This document shows, one piece after another, positions 36,987 through 51,667 of a stretch of 64,000 bases of DNA. The stretch is from an uncultured delta proteobacterium (GTDB lineage: Bacteria; Desulfobacterota; Zymogenia; Zymogenales; Zymogenaceae): assembly GCA_963735595.1 (NCBI GenBank), contig CAVTLK010000001.1, forward strand, positions 611,591-675,590. The letters are read 5' to 3'. Both the position numbers and the translations under genes were made by a program. The notes beneath the pieces are model-generated. The model had not been told where the DNA came from, made no database searches, and worked only from the letters and a program-made list of their open reading frames with translations. How positions within the stretch are numbered: position 1 is the stretch's first letter; each line of letters opens with the position of its first letter.

Positions 36987-37262
36987 TTATTCGTTGAGGG
37001 CGCGTTTCAGCACGTGGCTCGGTTTGAAAGTAACAACTCGCCGCGCGTCGATCTCGAGTTCGTCTCCGGTCTGGGGATTTCGCCCCTTACGGGGTTCCTT
37101 CTGCCGAACCACAAAGTTGCCGAACCCGGATATCTTGACCTTCTCCCCGCTTTCGAGCGTTTCCTTTATGACCTCGAACAGCTCATCGATGATGACGGCG
37201 GACTCCTTCTTTGACAAGCCGAGATTCTTATAAATGGAATTTATTAAGTCGGTCTTCGTCAT
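36987..37262 (-). CDS. ihfA: Integration host factor alpha
   Basis: MTKTDLI...VKISGFGNF.VRQKEPRKGRNPQTG...ARRVVTFKPS; lies directly after pheT. Confidence 0.93.
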   Translation of the reverse strand: MTKTDLINSIYKNLGLSKKESAVIIDELFEVIKETLESGEKVKISGFGNFVVRQKEPRKGRNPQTGDELEIDARRVVTFKPSHVLKRALNE

Positions 37263-37280
37263 AACGTCCCCCCTAAAAAG

Positions 37281-39684
37281 TTATCTGATCTGCACATCGA
37301 GTTTCTTCTTTAAGACATCCAGTACCCTCCCGTGAACCGCGTTTACCTCGTCGTCGGTAAGCGTCCTATCTTCCGATTGGTATCTTACCGTCAGGGCGAG
37401 GCTCTTCTTATCCTCCTGAATCTGCTTGCCCTGGTAGACATCGAAAATGGTAACGTCATTGATGAGGCTGTCGCCCGCGCCACAGATCGCCTCGATAATC
37501 TTCTTTGACGTGAGGCTTCCGCCCACGACCATCGATATATCGCGCAGAACCGATGGAAAACGGGAAACCGATCGGAACGTGAAATCCCGTGCCGCACAGC
37601 CCACCAGGGCAGATAGATCGGCTTCGAGAACATACGCGTCTCGGCCGAGGTCAAAGTTCTTCATAACCTTCGGGTCGATCCTGCCCATGTATCCGACGGG
37701 TACCTTCCCGCTCATAATGGCGCACGACTGCTCCGCGTCAAGATACGGATAGTCGTTCGTATCAGTGTATTCTATTTCCAGGAAGCCCAGCTTGTCAACC
37801 ACCGTCTCCCAGATGCCCTTGATATCGAAGAAATCGACGTCACCCGCCGGCATGCCCCATTGTCTCGGATATCGTTTCCCGGATATCAGGGCGCACACAT
37901 GTTCGTTCTCGGTGGGCAGGCCCTTTTTGTTCGGTCTGAAAACCCGCGCCGTCTCAAAGATCCGTACGTCATAGTTCAGGTAGTTGATGTTCGTGACGCA
38001 GGTCTTGATTATCGACGGTATCAAAGTCGTACGCATCGACGCCATGTCTTCGTTCATCGGGTTGGCCAGTTTAATGGCGGTACGGCGCGCGTCGCCCGCC
38101 GGGAGTTCCAGCTTCTCCAGCCAGTCGATCCCGATAAAGCTGTAGGTGATTACCTCGCTAAATCCTTCAGACAGCATGACCTCCGACACCCGCTGGGTGA
38201 GCGTGCGGATCGGCGAGCGTTCTGAATAGTCCATTCCGATTTCGGGGAGCGTCTCGGGAATCCGGTCAAAGCCCTTGAGCCGGGCGACCTCTTCGATAAG
38301 GTCTATCTCTCGCTCGAGGTCCATCCGGAACGGCGGCGGCAGGGCAGTTACCGAGTCGTCCGTCTCGGCCTGCACCTCGAGCTGGAGCCTCTTGAGGAAT
38401 TCCTTTGACTCCGTGCGTCGTAATGTCAAACCCCATGATTTTCCTGGTTCGGGGCGTTCGGATGGTCACCGGTTTGGGCAGCGGTATCGGCCCCAGGACA
38501 TCGATCATACCCCGTGCGATCACCCCGCCGGCCAGTTCGCGGACAAGCTCCGCCGCGCGGTTTGCCGCATCCACCAGGCCCACCGGGTCGACCCCCCGCT
38601 CGAAGCGGAAGGCCGCCTCGCTGGGCAGCCCCAGCTTCTTGGCGGTGCGTCTGATTGACGGTGGATGGAAATACGCGGCCTCCAGGAGTACGTCCGTGGT
38701 GTCCTCCTGAATTTCCGAGTTCGCGCCGCCCATGACGCCGGCTATGCCCACCGGCCTTTGTCCGTCGCAGATCATCAGCACGTCCTCGTTGAGCACCCGC
38801 TCGACGGCGTCCAGGGTATAGAAGGTTTCACCTTTGGCGGCACGCTTTACCACGATCCTGTGTCCCTCAAGGAGGCTGTAATCGAAGGCGTGCATGGGTT
38901 GCCCGTATTCGAGCATGACGTAGTTGGTGATATCAACGACGTTGCTGATGTCGCGCAGGTCAAGCCTCTTCAGGCGAAGGCGCATCCAGAAGGGGGACTT
39001 TCCTATCGTGATCTTCTGGACGACCCGGGCGGTATAGCGGGGGCAGAGGTCCGCATCGATAACGTCTACCGACGCGAGGGTTTTGATATCCGGCCCTTCC
39101 TCGACAATCGATATTTTCTTTTCCTTGAGCGGGACACTCGTGAGCGCCGATATCTCCCGCGCAAGACCGATGATAGAGAGGCAGTCTGCCCGATTAGGAG
39201 TCACGCCGACGTCCAGCAGCCAATCCGTGAGGTCCATCGCCTCCGTTATCGGCCTTCCGGTCGCCGCGGTCGGCTCGAGCTCCATAATCCCCGAGTGATC
39301 GGCCGTAAGCGCCATTTCGTCCTCGGCCAGCAGCACGCCGACCGACTCGACGCCGCCGAACGCGCGCTTGCCGACCTCGATACCGCCCGGAAGGCGAACG
39401 CCGGGCAGCGCGAGAGGGGCCTTAATGCCGGCCCGTATATTGGGGGCCGACGAGACGATGGTTACCGGGGATTGCCCGGTAGTAACCTGACAAACCGTGA
39501 GCCCCTCTGTCGTGGGATGGGGCCCGGCCTCGATTACTTCACCAACGAGGATCTTTTCCAATCCTTCGCCGAGCCGCTGGACAGCCTCGACCTCAAAGCC
39601 GGACATGGTCATGAGATCGGCGAGCTTATGGACCTCAAGATCAATATCGACAAAATCAGACAGCCACTGTATGGTCGCTTTCAT
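37281..39684 (-). CDS. pheT: Phenylalanine--tRNA ligase beta subunit; apparent frameshift near 38415
   Basis: TPNRADCLS, RFERGVD, REIDLIEEVARL.G, SLALTVRYQSEDRTLTD. Confidence 0.95.
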
Positions 39685-39843
39685 ATCTCTTACGTTTTAC
39701 CATCAATCGATCACGGAAAAGCCGTGGAAGTATCACCCTGTTCGGTATTCCCCGTAAATGGGGAAACCGGTAACGGGCAGGTCACGAAACGCGCGGCTTA
39801 AACTGATTCCCGTGATCCGAGCGTTATGCGTATGCTCGTCCGG

Positions 39844-40854
39844 TTAGAACTGGTTGAGGAATCTTAAATCGTTCTCGAAGAAAAGCCTGATGTCATCGAT
39901 TCCGTATTTTAGCATCGTAATACGCTCGATTCCCATCCCGAAGGCGAATCCGGTATACTCCTCCGGATCATAGCCTACCATCGAAAAGACCGCCGGATCT
40001 ACCATCCCCGATCCGAGTATCTCAAGCCACCCGGTCTGCGAACAGACACGGCACCCCTTCCCCTTGCAGATGACGCACCCGATATCGACTTCTGCCGACG
40101 GCTCCGTAAAGGGGAAGAAGCTCGGGCGAAAGCGGAGGTCCGTTTCGCTTCCAAACATCGCGTGGACGAATACCGAGAGTACCCCCTTGAGGTCGGCCAT
40201 GCTGATGTCGTTTCCGACCATCAATCCTTCCACCTGATGAAACATCGGTGAATGGGTGACGTCGTAATCGGGACGATAGGCTTTGCCGGGGGCAACGATC
40301 TTGATGGGAGGCCGTCTGCTCTCCATCGTCCTGACCTGCACCGGCGAGGTATGGGTCCTGAGCAGCATCTCGTCGTCGATATAGAACGTGTCCTGCATGT
40401 CCCGGGCCGGATGGTGCCGCGGCATATTGAGCGCCTCGAAGTTGTAGTAGTCAAGCTCAACCTCGGGACCCTCGGCCAGGTCAAATCCCATGCCAAGAAA
40501 GATATCCACGATCTGCCGGTATACCCGGGTAACGGGATGCACTCTCCCCGTGTATCCCCGCCTTCCGGGAAGCGTATAATCGATCGATTTGGTCTTCTTG
40601 TCGGATGCACCACCGGCAAGCCGCGCCAGGGATTCGTCGAAGGCCTTTTCTATCCTGTTCTTCAGTTCGTTGGCGAGTTTGCCGATTTTCGGACGCTCCT
40701 CGGACGAGAGCGACCCCATATCGCGCAGGATAGACGTCAGCTCGCCCTTCCTGCCGAGGTATTGTATCCTGAGTGATTCGATAGACTGCACGCCGGTGGC
40801 GTTCTTGATCTGTGAAAGAGCGGAAGCCTCCAGGGCCTTGAGTCTATCCAGCAT
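39844..40854 (-). CDS. pheS: Phenylalanine--tRNA ligase alpha subunit
   Basis: [43 protein letters not shown]. Confidence 0.97.
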   Translation of the reverse strand: MLDRLKALEASALSQIKNATGVQSIESLRIQYLGRKGELTSILRDMGSLSSEERPKIGKLANELKNRIEKAFDESLARLAGGASDKKTKSIDYTLPGRRGYTGRVHPVTRVYRQIVDIFLGMGFDLAEGPEVELDYYNFEALNMPRHHPARDMQDTFYIDDEMLLRTHTSPVQVRTMESRRPPIKIVAPGKAYRPDYDVTHSPMFHQVEGLMVGNDISMADLKGVLSVFVHAMFGSETDLRFRPSFFPFTEPSAEVDIGCVICKGKGCRVCSQTGWLEILGSGMVDPAVFSMVGYDPEEYTGFAFGMGIERITMLKYGIDDIRLFFENDLRFLNQF

Positions 40855-41212
40855 GTGCCGTGAGCCCTTCCTTGGCGCGTTCTACGATCTTTGCAAAGCC
40901 GTCACGATCACGCACGGCCAGGTCCGCAAGGACTTTACGGTCGATCTCGATCCCTGACTTATGAAGGCCTTCCATGAAGCGACTGTAAGACAGGTTATTT
41001 TCCCGTGCCGCGGCGTTAATCCTGACGATCCAGAGACGCCGCATATCCCGTTTTTTCACCCGGCGATCCCGGTAGGCGTACATGAGGGCGCGCTCAACGG
41101 TTTCGCTGGCCGCCCTAAAACCGCGAGATCTCCCGCCTACGTACCCCTTTGCCAGTTTGAGGATCTTGTTGCGCCGCTTTCTGGCCTTCGTTCCTCTTAC
41201 AACCCTAGACAT
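40844..41212 (-). CDS. rplT: 50S ribosomal protein L20
   Basis: MSRVVRG...KLAKGY.G.R...[22 protein letters not shown]. Confidence 0.97.
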   Translation of the reverse strand: MSRVVRGTKARKRRNKILKLAKGYVGGRSRGFRAASETVERALMYAYRDRRVKKRDMRRLWIVRINAAARENNLSYSRFMEGLHKSGIEIDRKVLADLAVRDRDGFAKIVERAKEGLTAHAG

Positions 41213-41293
41213 TGTATATGAACCTCCGTTGTTACAGGTGATACCGATAGCGGTCCCGACGGTCTCCCGACGGTCGGGCCGCCCTCGGCGGTC

Positions 41294-41498
41294 TCAGATG
41301 CCTGCGTTCGGCAACAGCCGCCTGATCTCACGCATATTTTCACGTACGATCAAACCCGCGGCCCTGAGGTGGCGTTTGCGTTTTGTGGTTTTCTTTGTCA
41401 GAATATGATTCGAAAACGCCTTACTGCGTTTAACCTTTCCCGCGCCGGTTCTTCTTGAATCGTTTTGCCGCCGCTCTGTTCGTCTTTATCTTAGGCAT
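41294..41498 (-). CDS. rpmI: 50S ribosomal protein L35; apparent +1 indel near 41450
   Basis: MPKIKTNRAAAKRFKK, then in the shifted frame TGAGKVKRSKAFSNHILTKKTTKRKRHLR; the span of 205 nt is one base too long. Confidence 0.9.
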
Positions 41499-41657
41499 GT
41501 GTAATCCTCTCTCTCATTCGAGTTACCGTGTTATTCGGTTCGTCTCTCTATCCCATCAATCGGCCACCCGGCAACACCACCCGATACGCCTCACGAAGGT
41601 GAGGCGTAAGGCGTTATTTCAGATTACCTCACTCCCTCCCGGGGGCCGTGGCCGTAT

Positions 41658-42176
41658 CTATTTTTGCGGGGCGATGATCATGACCATGTTTCGCCCCTCG
41701 AGGGTCGGCTTTTGCTCGACGGTCCCGATATCCACAATCTCGAGGGCTATCTTATCGAGTATCTTCCTTCCGATCTCCGTATAGGTGATCTCCCTCCCGC
41801 GAAAGATCATGGTAACCTTTGCCTTATCACCGTTTTCGAGAAAACGCTTGATGTCTTTGACTTTATTCTGCACGTCATGGTCCGCGGTCTTGGGGCTTAC
41901 CTTGACCTCCTTGATGTGCATCACGCTTTGTTTCTTGCGCGCGTCATGGGCCTTCTTGCTCTGCTGGTATTTGAACTTGCCGTAGTCCATGATGCGGCAA
42001 ACCGGAGGATCGGCCGTAGGCGCAACCTCCACGAGATCCAGACCGAAATCCTCGGCCCTTCTCAGGGCGTCGTCCGTCGTAATAATGCCCAGTTGTTCGC
42101 CGTCCGGAGCGATCACCCGAACCTTATCGGTCCTGATCATACGATTAATTCTGACGTCTTTGGCTTTCTCTTTTAT
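41658..42176 (-). CDS. infC: Translation initiation factor IF-3 with probable non-AUG (ATA) start
   Basis: In-frame ATA AAA GAG AAA GCC...RINRMIR...DLVEVAP.ADPPVCRIMDYGKFKYQ; GGAGGGGG RBS 6 nt upstream of the ATA. Confidence 0.95.
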   Translation of the reverse strand: MKEKAKDVRINRMIRTDKVRVIAPDGEQLGIITTDDALRRAEDFGLDLVEVAPTADPPVCRIMDYGKFKYQQSKKAHDARKKQSVMHIKEVKVSPKTADHDVQNKVKDIKRFLENGDKAKVTMIFRGREITYTEIGRKILDKIALEIVDIGTVEQKPTLEGRNMVMIIAPQK

Positions 42177-42179
42177 AGT

Positions 42180-44087
42180 CTACCCCCTCCAAAAGACTGA
42201 GCTTTCCGTCTTGACGCGCTCAATAAATTCGCCTATCTTCATCGGCTCGAGGTTTTTCCCGTCCAGCAGCCGCGGAGTAACAGTCCCGCCCGCCACCTCG
42301 GCCTGGCCGATGATGAGGGTAAAGGGAACCTTCTCGATCTGCGCCTCCCTGATCTTGAGCCCCAGTTTCTCGTTACGGAAGTCGGCCCGCGCACGGATTC
42401 CGGCGGACTTGAGCTCGCCCAGGACTTTCTTTCCGAAATCTATATGGTCATCGGTTATCGTCACGATTAGCGCCTGCAGCGGAGCAAAGCCGACCGGAAA
42501 CGCCCCGGCGTAATGCTCGATAAGGATCCCGAGAAACCGATCCATCGATCCGAGGATGACACGGTGCAGCATCACCGGCCGCTTCTTCTCGCCGTTTGAA
42601 TCGATAAACGTGAGGTCGAAGCGTTCCGGGAGGGTAAAGTCACATTGGATGGTCGCGCACTGCCACTGCCTGCCGATCGCATCCCTCAGCTTGAAGTCGA
42701 TCTTCGGGCCGTAGAACGCCCCGTCGCCCTCATTGACTGCGTATTCCTGTCCCTGCTTCTCGAGGGCAAACGTGAGGGCCTCCGTGGCCCGCGCCCAGTC
42801 CTCATCGGAGCCAATGGATTTTTCCGGCCTGGTCGACAGCTCCATCGAATACGGGAATCCGAACACCTTCATGGTATAGGCAACGAACTCCATAACACCC
42901 ACGATCTCATCGATGAGCTGCTCGGGCGTGCAAATGATATGGGCATCGTCCTGTGTGAAGGCCCGGGCCCTGAGCATCCCGTGGAGCACGCCTGACTTCT
43001 CGTGGCGGTGCACCGTACCAAGCTCGAAATACCGCAGCGGAAGATCCCGGTAGCTTCTGAGTTTCGACTTGTATATAAGCATGTGCGCCAGGCAATTCAT
43101 CGGCTTGATGCCGTACTGCTGTCCCTCCACCTCGGTGAAGTACATGTTCTCTCGATAGTTATCGAAGTGGCCGGATCGCTCCCAGAGTTCCCGCTTGAGT
43201 ATCATCGGGCCGATGACGATATCGTACCCGCGCCTGAGGTGTTCTGCCTTCATGAAGTCTTCGATGATCATCCGCAGCATCGCGCCCTTGGGGTGATAGA
43301 TTGGGAGGCCGGCGCCCGCGTCGTCGTTAAACTGGAAAAGATCGAGCTCCCTGCCGAGTCTCCGGTGGTCGCGGCGTTTGGCCTCCTCAATCAGCGTCAG
43401 GTGCTGTTGCAGCGACTCCTTATCCGCGAACGCCGTTCCGTAGACCCTTTGCAGCATCTTATTCTTCTCGTCTCCCCTCCAGTACGCCCCGGCTATCGAT
43501 GTCAGCTTAAAAGCCTTTATTACTCCCGACGAGGGGATGTGCGGCCCCCGGCAGAGATCGGTGAAATCTCCCTGTGTATAGAGTGAGACCGTTTCGTCCT
43601 GAATACCGTCTATCAACTCGATCTTATATGTCTCGCCCTTTTCCCTGAATAACTCAACCGCTTCCTTTACCGGGACGATCCTTCTTTCAAACGGGCTATC
43701 TTTCTTTATGATCTCGCCCATCCGCTTCTCGATTTTCTCGAGGTCTTCAGGCTCAAACGGCTTGGCGATGTCGAAGTCATAATAAAAGCCGTTTTCAATG
43801 GCCGGGCCGATCGTTACTTTCACATCGGGAAAGAGCGACTGGACCGCTTCGGCCATGATATGCGACGTGCTGTGCCGCAGTATCTCGATACCCTCGGGGC
43901 TGTCCAGGGTGATAAATCCGATTTCACCCTGGGCGGGAATCTTCTCCGAGAGATCGACGGGCCTCCCGTCGACCGTCGCCGCTATCGCCGACTTCCTGAG
44001 CTCGGCGGGAACCAGGTCGGCAATCGCCATCCCCTCTCTCGGCTCGGGCGTCTGAAAGCCCCTGCTCTGTATTGTTAGCTGTACCAT
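42180..44087 (-). CDS. thrS: Threonine--tRNA ligase
   Basis: [34 protein letters not shown]. Confidence 0.97.
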   Translation of the reverse strand: MVQLTIQSRGFQTPEPREGMAIADLVPAELRKSAIAATVDGRPVDLSEKIPAQGEIGFITLDSPEGIEILRHSTSHIMAEAVQSLFPDVKVTIGPAIENGFYYDFDIAKPFEPEDLEKIEKRMGEIIKKDSPFERRIVPVKEAVELFREKGETYKIELIDGIQDETVSLYTQGDFTDLCRGPHIPSSGVIKAFKLTSIAGAYWRGDEKNKMLQRVYGTAFADKESLQQHLTLIEEAKRRDHRRLGRELDLFQFNDDAGAGLPIYHPKGAMLRMIIEDFMKAEHLRRGYDIVIGPMILKRELWERSGHFDNYRENMYFTEVEGQQYGIKPMNCLAHMLIYKSKLRSYRDLPLRYFELGTVHRHEKSGVLHGMLRARAFTQDDAHIICTPEQLIDEIVGVMEFVAYTMKVFGFPYSMELSTRPEKSIGSDEDWARATEALTFALEKQGQEYAVNEGDGAFYGPKIDFKLRDAIGRQWQCATIQCDFTLPERFDLTFIDSNGEKKRPVMLHRVILGSMDRFLGILIEHYAGAFPVGFAPLQALIVTITDDHIDFGKKVLGELKSAGIRARADFRNEKLGLKIREAQIEKVPFTLIIGQAEVAGGTVTPRLLDGKNLEPMKIGEFIERVKTESSVFWRG

Positions 44088-44102
44088 CGTAATAAAAGTA
44101 AA

Positions 44103-44138
44103 AAAGGCATCAAAAACCTGGAGTCATTGATGCCTTTC
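44103..44138. terminator. Hairpin between tRNA-Val and thrS
   Basis: AAAGGCATCAA-loop-TTGATGCCTTT, with a T-run on the minus strand. Confidence 0.6.
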
Positions 44139-44191
44139 TCGTTTCTTCAAAACGTCTCGATAGCTCTTTATCCCACACAGGTTTTTAATAC

Positions 44192-44266
44192 TGGTAGGCA
44201 CGGGCGGGATTGAACCGCCGACATCTACCGCGTCAGGATAGCGCTCTACCACTGAGCTACGTGCCT
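44192..44266 (-). tRNA. tRNA-Val(GAC)
   Basis: AGGCACGTAGCTCAGTGGTAGAGCGCTATCCTGACGCGGTAGATGTCGGCGGTTCAATCCCGCCCGTGCCTACCA. Confidence 0.96.
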
Positions 44267-44342
44267 AAATTCTTAGAATTAATAGCAATTTCTCCATCAA
44301 ATGTCAAGATAATTCTCGTGCTCGCGGCGATTTGTACCGCGC

Positions 44343-44903
44343 TTATTGTATCTCCCTGAGGTACCGCTCGGCATCACGCTTGTACGTCCCTTCGAGTTCA
44401 ATCACCTTCTTCAGGTCCTTCCTGGCTTCCTCGGTCTTTCCCGCCTTGATGAGTGAAACCCCCATCCAGAACAGCGCCTTGTCGTTATTGGGAGAGATCG
44501 ACAGTATAGACTCGAAATCGGTCGTCACCCTGTCCAGCCACCCGTCCCCGCCGATGATCAGAGACGTACGCATAGAGGCCAGGAGCGCAAGTACCGTTTC
44601 GTTGCCCTCGGCCGCGTATTGTTTTGCGAGATCGATATAACCCTCAGATACATCCGGAACGTCCTCTATCGCCCAGTATATGCCCTTTCCGGCCAGGGCA
44701 GGAGAGAACTGAGGATTATCGGCAAGCGCCGTCTCGAACTCCCGCATGGCGTCTTCTGGAAACCCCATATCGACGAATGCTATTCCGTTTTCGGCGTGAT
44801 GTATAGGAGAGCCGAAAGGGTAGTGCTGAACATCGATCCGATGGGCGCACCCGAAAAGAAAAAACACGATGAGCACTATCGGGGGTATATGTCGCTCAAT
44901 CAT
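44343..44903 (-). CDS. TPR-repeat lipoprotein
   Basis: Lipobox LFGC; TPR-like ALADNPQFSPALAGKG and SPNNDKALFWMGVSL. Confidence 0.75.
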   Translation of the reverse strand: MIERHIPPIVLIVFFLFGCAHRIDVQHYPFGSPIHHAENGIAFVDMGFPEDAMREFETALADNPQFSPALAGKGIYWAIEDVPDVSEGYIDLAKQYAAEGNETVLALLASMRTSLIIGGDGWLDRVTTDFESILSISPNNDKALFWMGVSLIKAGKTEEARKDLKKVIELEGTYKRDAERYLREIQ

Positions 44904-45103
44904 TCGTTTCGCATCGATATATCTGAAATCGCATGTTTATAGATGAGATACGGCCTATCGGCGTCGATGAATATACAAAAATTATCAAAACTCCTCACCA
45001 CCCCAACCACCTCACGGCCGTCGAGCAGGTGAATGGCGATCGAGGTTCTCTCTTTTCTGACCTGATTGAGGAACTGATCCTGGATATTAATACCGGTTTT
45101 CAT
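44900..45103 (-). CDS. hfq: RNA chaperone Hfq (atypical distal face)
   Basis: IQDQFLN..RKER, SFDNF, YKHAIS; aligns without gaps to E. coli Hfq residues 1-64. Confidence 0.92.
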   Translation of the reverse strand: MKTGINIQDQFLNQVRKERTSIAIHLLDGREVVGVVRSFDNFCIFIDADRPYLIYKHAISDISMRNE

Positions 45104-45271
45104 TATGTCGAGCCGTATACTATTTGTCCCGCTTTACGCGCACTCAAACCCCGGTACCGCGCACCGTACCGTGATTCCGCTTCCGTTCCAAACAAAAAAA
45201 CCTGATTATAGTTCTATCATTAAAACCGGTCGATGTCCAGCGATTTTTTATTGTATGCCTGTTACGAAAAA

Positions 45272-45298
45272 AAGGGGGGGCTACGATGCCCCCCCCTT
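45272..45298 (-). terminator. Terminator after the formate dehydrogenase gene
   Basis: G-run/C-run hairpin followed by a T-run on the minus strand. Confidence 0.75.
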
Positions 45299-45350
45299 GA
45301 TTGTACGCGTCTCCCTGACGGCCTGGCGTCGGCGGACACGCAGACAGGAT

Positions 45351-48062
45351 CTATACCGCCGCTCTCTTTTGCTTCAGTTCGATCTTGACCGCACTGACCT
45401 TATATTCCGGAATCTTACCAATCGGATCCAGAAAGGTATTTGTCAGGACGTTGGCCGCCGCCTCCGCATAGTGGAACGGCATAAAGATCGTACCGGGCTT
45501 GACCCGGTCGGTCACCCACGCACGGACCTCAACGGAACCGCGGCGCGACGAGATGAATGCATTTTTGCCGTCGCCGACCCCGTAGGTCGTTGCATCCTTC
45601 GGGTTTATCTCGAAGAACGGGCCTTTCGATCGGAAGTTGAGACCCTCCGACCGACGGGACATCGTTCCGGTATGATACTGGTAGAGTATCCGGCCTGTCG
45701 TGAGTATCAGCGGGTATTCCTTATCGGGAAGCTCCATCGCTTCCTTGAATTCTATCGCGTTAAAGAGTCCGAGACCCCGCACGAACTTGTCCTTATGCAG
45801 GAACCGGGTACCCGGATGCTCCTCGTTGGGGCACGGCCATTGGATGCCGCCCTTCTCAATTCTGTCATAGGAGATACCCGCGTAACTGGGCGTAACCTTC
45901 CTGATCTCCTCGAAGATATCTTTCGAGGTCCGATAGTCCATCGGATAGCCCATCCGCGCGGCAATATCCGCAATAATCTTCCAATCCGGCCGCGACTCAC
46001 CGATCGGCCCCACCGCCTTGCGTACCCTCTGAACACGCCGCTCGGTGTTGGTAAAGGTACCGTCTTTCTCTGCAAAGCTGGCCGCCGGGAATACGACATC
46101 GGCAAGTTCGGTCGTCTCGTTCATGAAGATATCCTGACAGACGATAAAGTCCGCTTTCTTCAGGGATTCCCTCACGTGGGCCGTATCGGGATCGGAGACC
46201 ATGGGGTTTTCCCCCATGAAGTAGAGCGCCTTGAGTTTTCCCTCATGGACCGCATTGGTCATCTCTACGATGGTCAGACCCACCTTCTCCGACAGGGGCA
46301 TTACCGGTTTCCACGCCTCGGTGAACTTGGCACGGACCGCTTCGTCGATCACCCGCTGGTATCCGCAGAAGACGTTCGGGAGCGCACCCATATCGCAGGC
46401 GCCCTGCACGTTGTTCTGACCCCTGAGCGGATTCACGCCGCCCCCCGCTACGCCGATGTTGCCGGTGAGCATCGCCAGGTTCGCGAGCGACATAACGTTA
46501 TCGGTGCCGGTGGTATGCTGCGTAATTCCCATGGCATAGTAGACCGCCGCCGGTTTGGAGGTCGCGAAGAGCCTGGCGGCCCCGATCAGGTCCGCGGCCG
46601 GGATGCCGGATATCTTCTCGACATACTCCGGGGTATACTTTTTGACCGCCTCCTTCATCTTATCGAACCCTTCGGTTCGTCCCGCCACATACTCCCGGTC
46701 GTAGAGACCTTCCTCTATGATGACGTTCATCATCCCGTTGATCCAGGCCACGTCGGTCCCCGGACGCTGACGGAGGTGTATGGTAGCGAACTTCGCGATT
46801 TCAATGTTCCGGGGATCCACAAGGATAAGCTTTGCGCCCTTGTTGACCGCCTGTTTAAGCTTCGTGGCGATAACCGGGTGGTTCTCCGTTGTGTTGGTGC
46901 CCGTCAGGAGAAATACCGAGCTCTCCGCCGCCTCCGCGATGGAGTTTGTCATCGCCCCGCTGCCGAACGCTGTGGCAAGACCTGCCACGGTAACGCTGTG
47001 TCAGAGGCGGGCGCAGTGATCGACGTTATTCGTACCGATCACCGCGCGGGAGAACTTTTGCAGTACGTAGTTATCTTCGTTGGTGCACCGGGCCGAGGTA
47101 AACACGCCGATCGAATCCGGTCCGTGTTTGTCCCGTATTCCCTTGAGACGTGCGGCCGTATAGTCGAGCGCCTCGTCCCAGGAAGACTCCCAGAATTTCC
47201 CGTCCTTCTTGATGAGGGGTTTCGTCAGCCGCTCTGGGTGATGGATGAAGTCGTGGCCAAAGCGTCCCTTGACACAGAGGCTTCCCTGGTTCGGCTCGCC
47301 CATTTCATAGTCGGAGGTAACCTTAACTACCTTTCCGTCCTTGACGTTCAGTGTGATCTGGCAGCCGACGCCGCAGTATGAACAGGTCGTTTTGACTTTC
47401 TCAAACTCCCAGTCTCTCCCCTTGAAACGGCCCTGCTTTTCGGACAGCGCCCCCACCGGGCAAACCGAGACACATTCACCGCAGAACACGCACTCGGAGT
47501 CTTCGTAGGTCCTGCCGAAGGCGGGACCTACGGTGGCGTGTCTGCCGCGATACGAGAAATCAAGGACCTGGTTGACCTGAACCTCGTTACAGGCCCGCAC
47601 GCATCGCCCGCAGACGATACATCGATCCATGTCCCTGATGATCATCGGGTTGCCGTCCTCGATCTCAAAACCGGGCGGGTTAATCGGAAATCGGGGTTCT
47701 TCGATACCCAGCTCGTACGTCAGCTCCTGTAGGAGACACCGGCCGTTGGCCTCGCAGACCAGGCAGTTGTGTTTTCCTGAAGACAGGAGGAGCTCCGTGG
47801 CGAGCCGTCGGGCGGAGATTACCTTGTCGGAACCGGTTGTTACCTCCATGCCTTCGGTAATCGGCTGGGCGCAGGAAGCCACCAGGTTCCTGGCTCCCGC
47901 CACCTCCACCACGCATACCCGACAGGCGCCCGCGGCCTTTGCCGCCGGGTGGTAACAGAGAATCGGAATCCGGATATTGCTTTCCTTGGCAACCTCATAA
48001 ATCGTCTGGCCGGGTGCCCCGTGCACCTGCTTGCCGTCGATAGTGAGCGTTATCGTCTTCAT
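45351..48062 (-). CDS. fdhF: Selenocysteine-containing Mo/W-bisPGD formate dehydrogenase alpha subunit with NuoG-like N-terminal Fe-S domains (903 aa, Sec354)
   Basis: Two ORFs are joined in frame by TGA at 47001-47003 giving DHCARL-U-HSVTVAGL...GSGAMTNS; also RGQNNVQG, [2Fe-2S], 2x[4Fe-4S] and TTCSYCGVGC motifs. Confidence 0.95.
46972..46988 (-). promoter_or_regulatory. Bacterial SECIS element
   Basis: GTGGCA-GGTCT-TGCCAC hairpin 12 nt 3' of the in-frame UGA; resembles the E. coli fdhF SECIS (GCAGGUCUGC). Confidence 0.88.
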
Positions 48063-48138
48063 AACACCTTCCTATGTGAATAACTATGGTACCTTGTGGC
48101 GCGTAATTCTCAGCTGGAGTCTATTGAACAGGTTTCCG

Positions 48139-51191
<3,053 letters not shown>

Positions 51192-51256
51192 GGGGGATTA
51201 TCCTCCTCAACCCGATAACGCGGCGCTTTGTTCGGCCGCGGTCAACAAGAGTCGTG

Positions 51257-51640
51257 TTACTTTACTATTTCCGCACCTTTGGCTAGGACAAAGGGAGTCT
51301 GTATCTCGCCTTTCACGATATGGCGCTTAAATACCTGACGCATTTTATTGGGATTCATATATTCGTATTTGATCGGTTCATTCCCGATTACTTCGACGGT
51401 CACCAGCGGCTCCCGGCTGCACAATCCCATGCATCCCGAGGTAGTCACTGCGACGTCCGAAACGCTGTCCTCGGCCATGACGTTCATGAGCGCCTCCAGC
51501 ACTTCTCGGGCGCCGGACGCGATACCGCACGTCCCCATGTGTACGGTGACTTTTACCCGCGCACCCCCCTCTCGCAGCGCCGTATCGGTATGAACCTTGT
51601 CCTTGATCTTCTTCAGATCTTCTATCGTCAACTTTGACAT
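51257..51640 (-). CDS. Thioredoxin-like [2Fe-2S] ferredoxin (HydD/HndB-like)
   Basis: VHMGTCGIASGAR...TSGCMGLCSREP. Confidence 0.88.
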   Translation of the reverse strand: MSKLTIEDLKKIKDKVHTDTALREGGARVKVTVHMGTCGIASGAREVLEALMNVMAEDSVSDVAVTTSGCMGLCSREPLVTVEVIGNEPIKYEYMNPNKMRQVFKRHIVKGEIQTPFVLAKGAEIVK

Positions 51641-51667
51641 ACTACCATCCTCATATAAATAGGTTGG

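Noticed and set aside
37281-41498. pheT and rpmI as pseudogenes or programmed frameshifts
   Set aside because: pheT is essential, the motifs are intact on both sides of each break, no slippery site or stimulator is evident, and similar indels are scattered across the window; sequencing error is more likely.
47001-47003. Nonsense mutation splitting fdhF
   Set aside because: The TGA is at the Sec/Cys ligand position and is followed by a SECIS hairpin.
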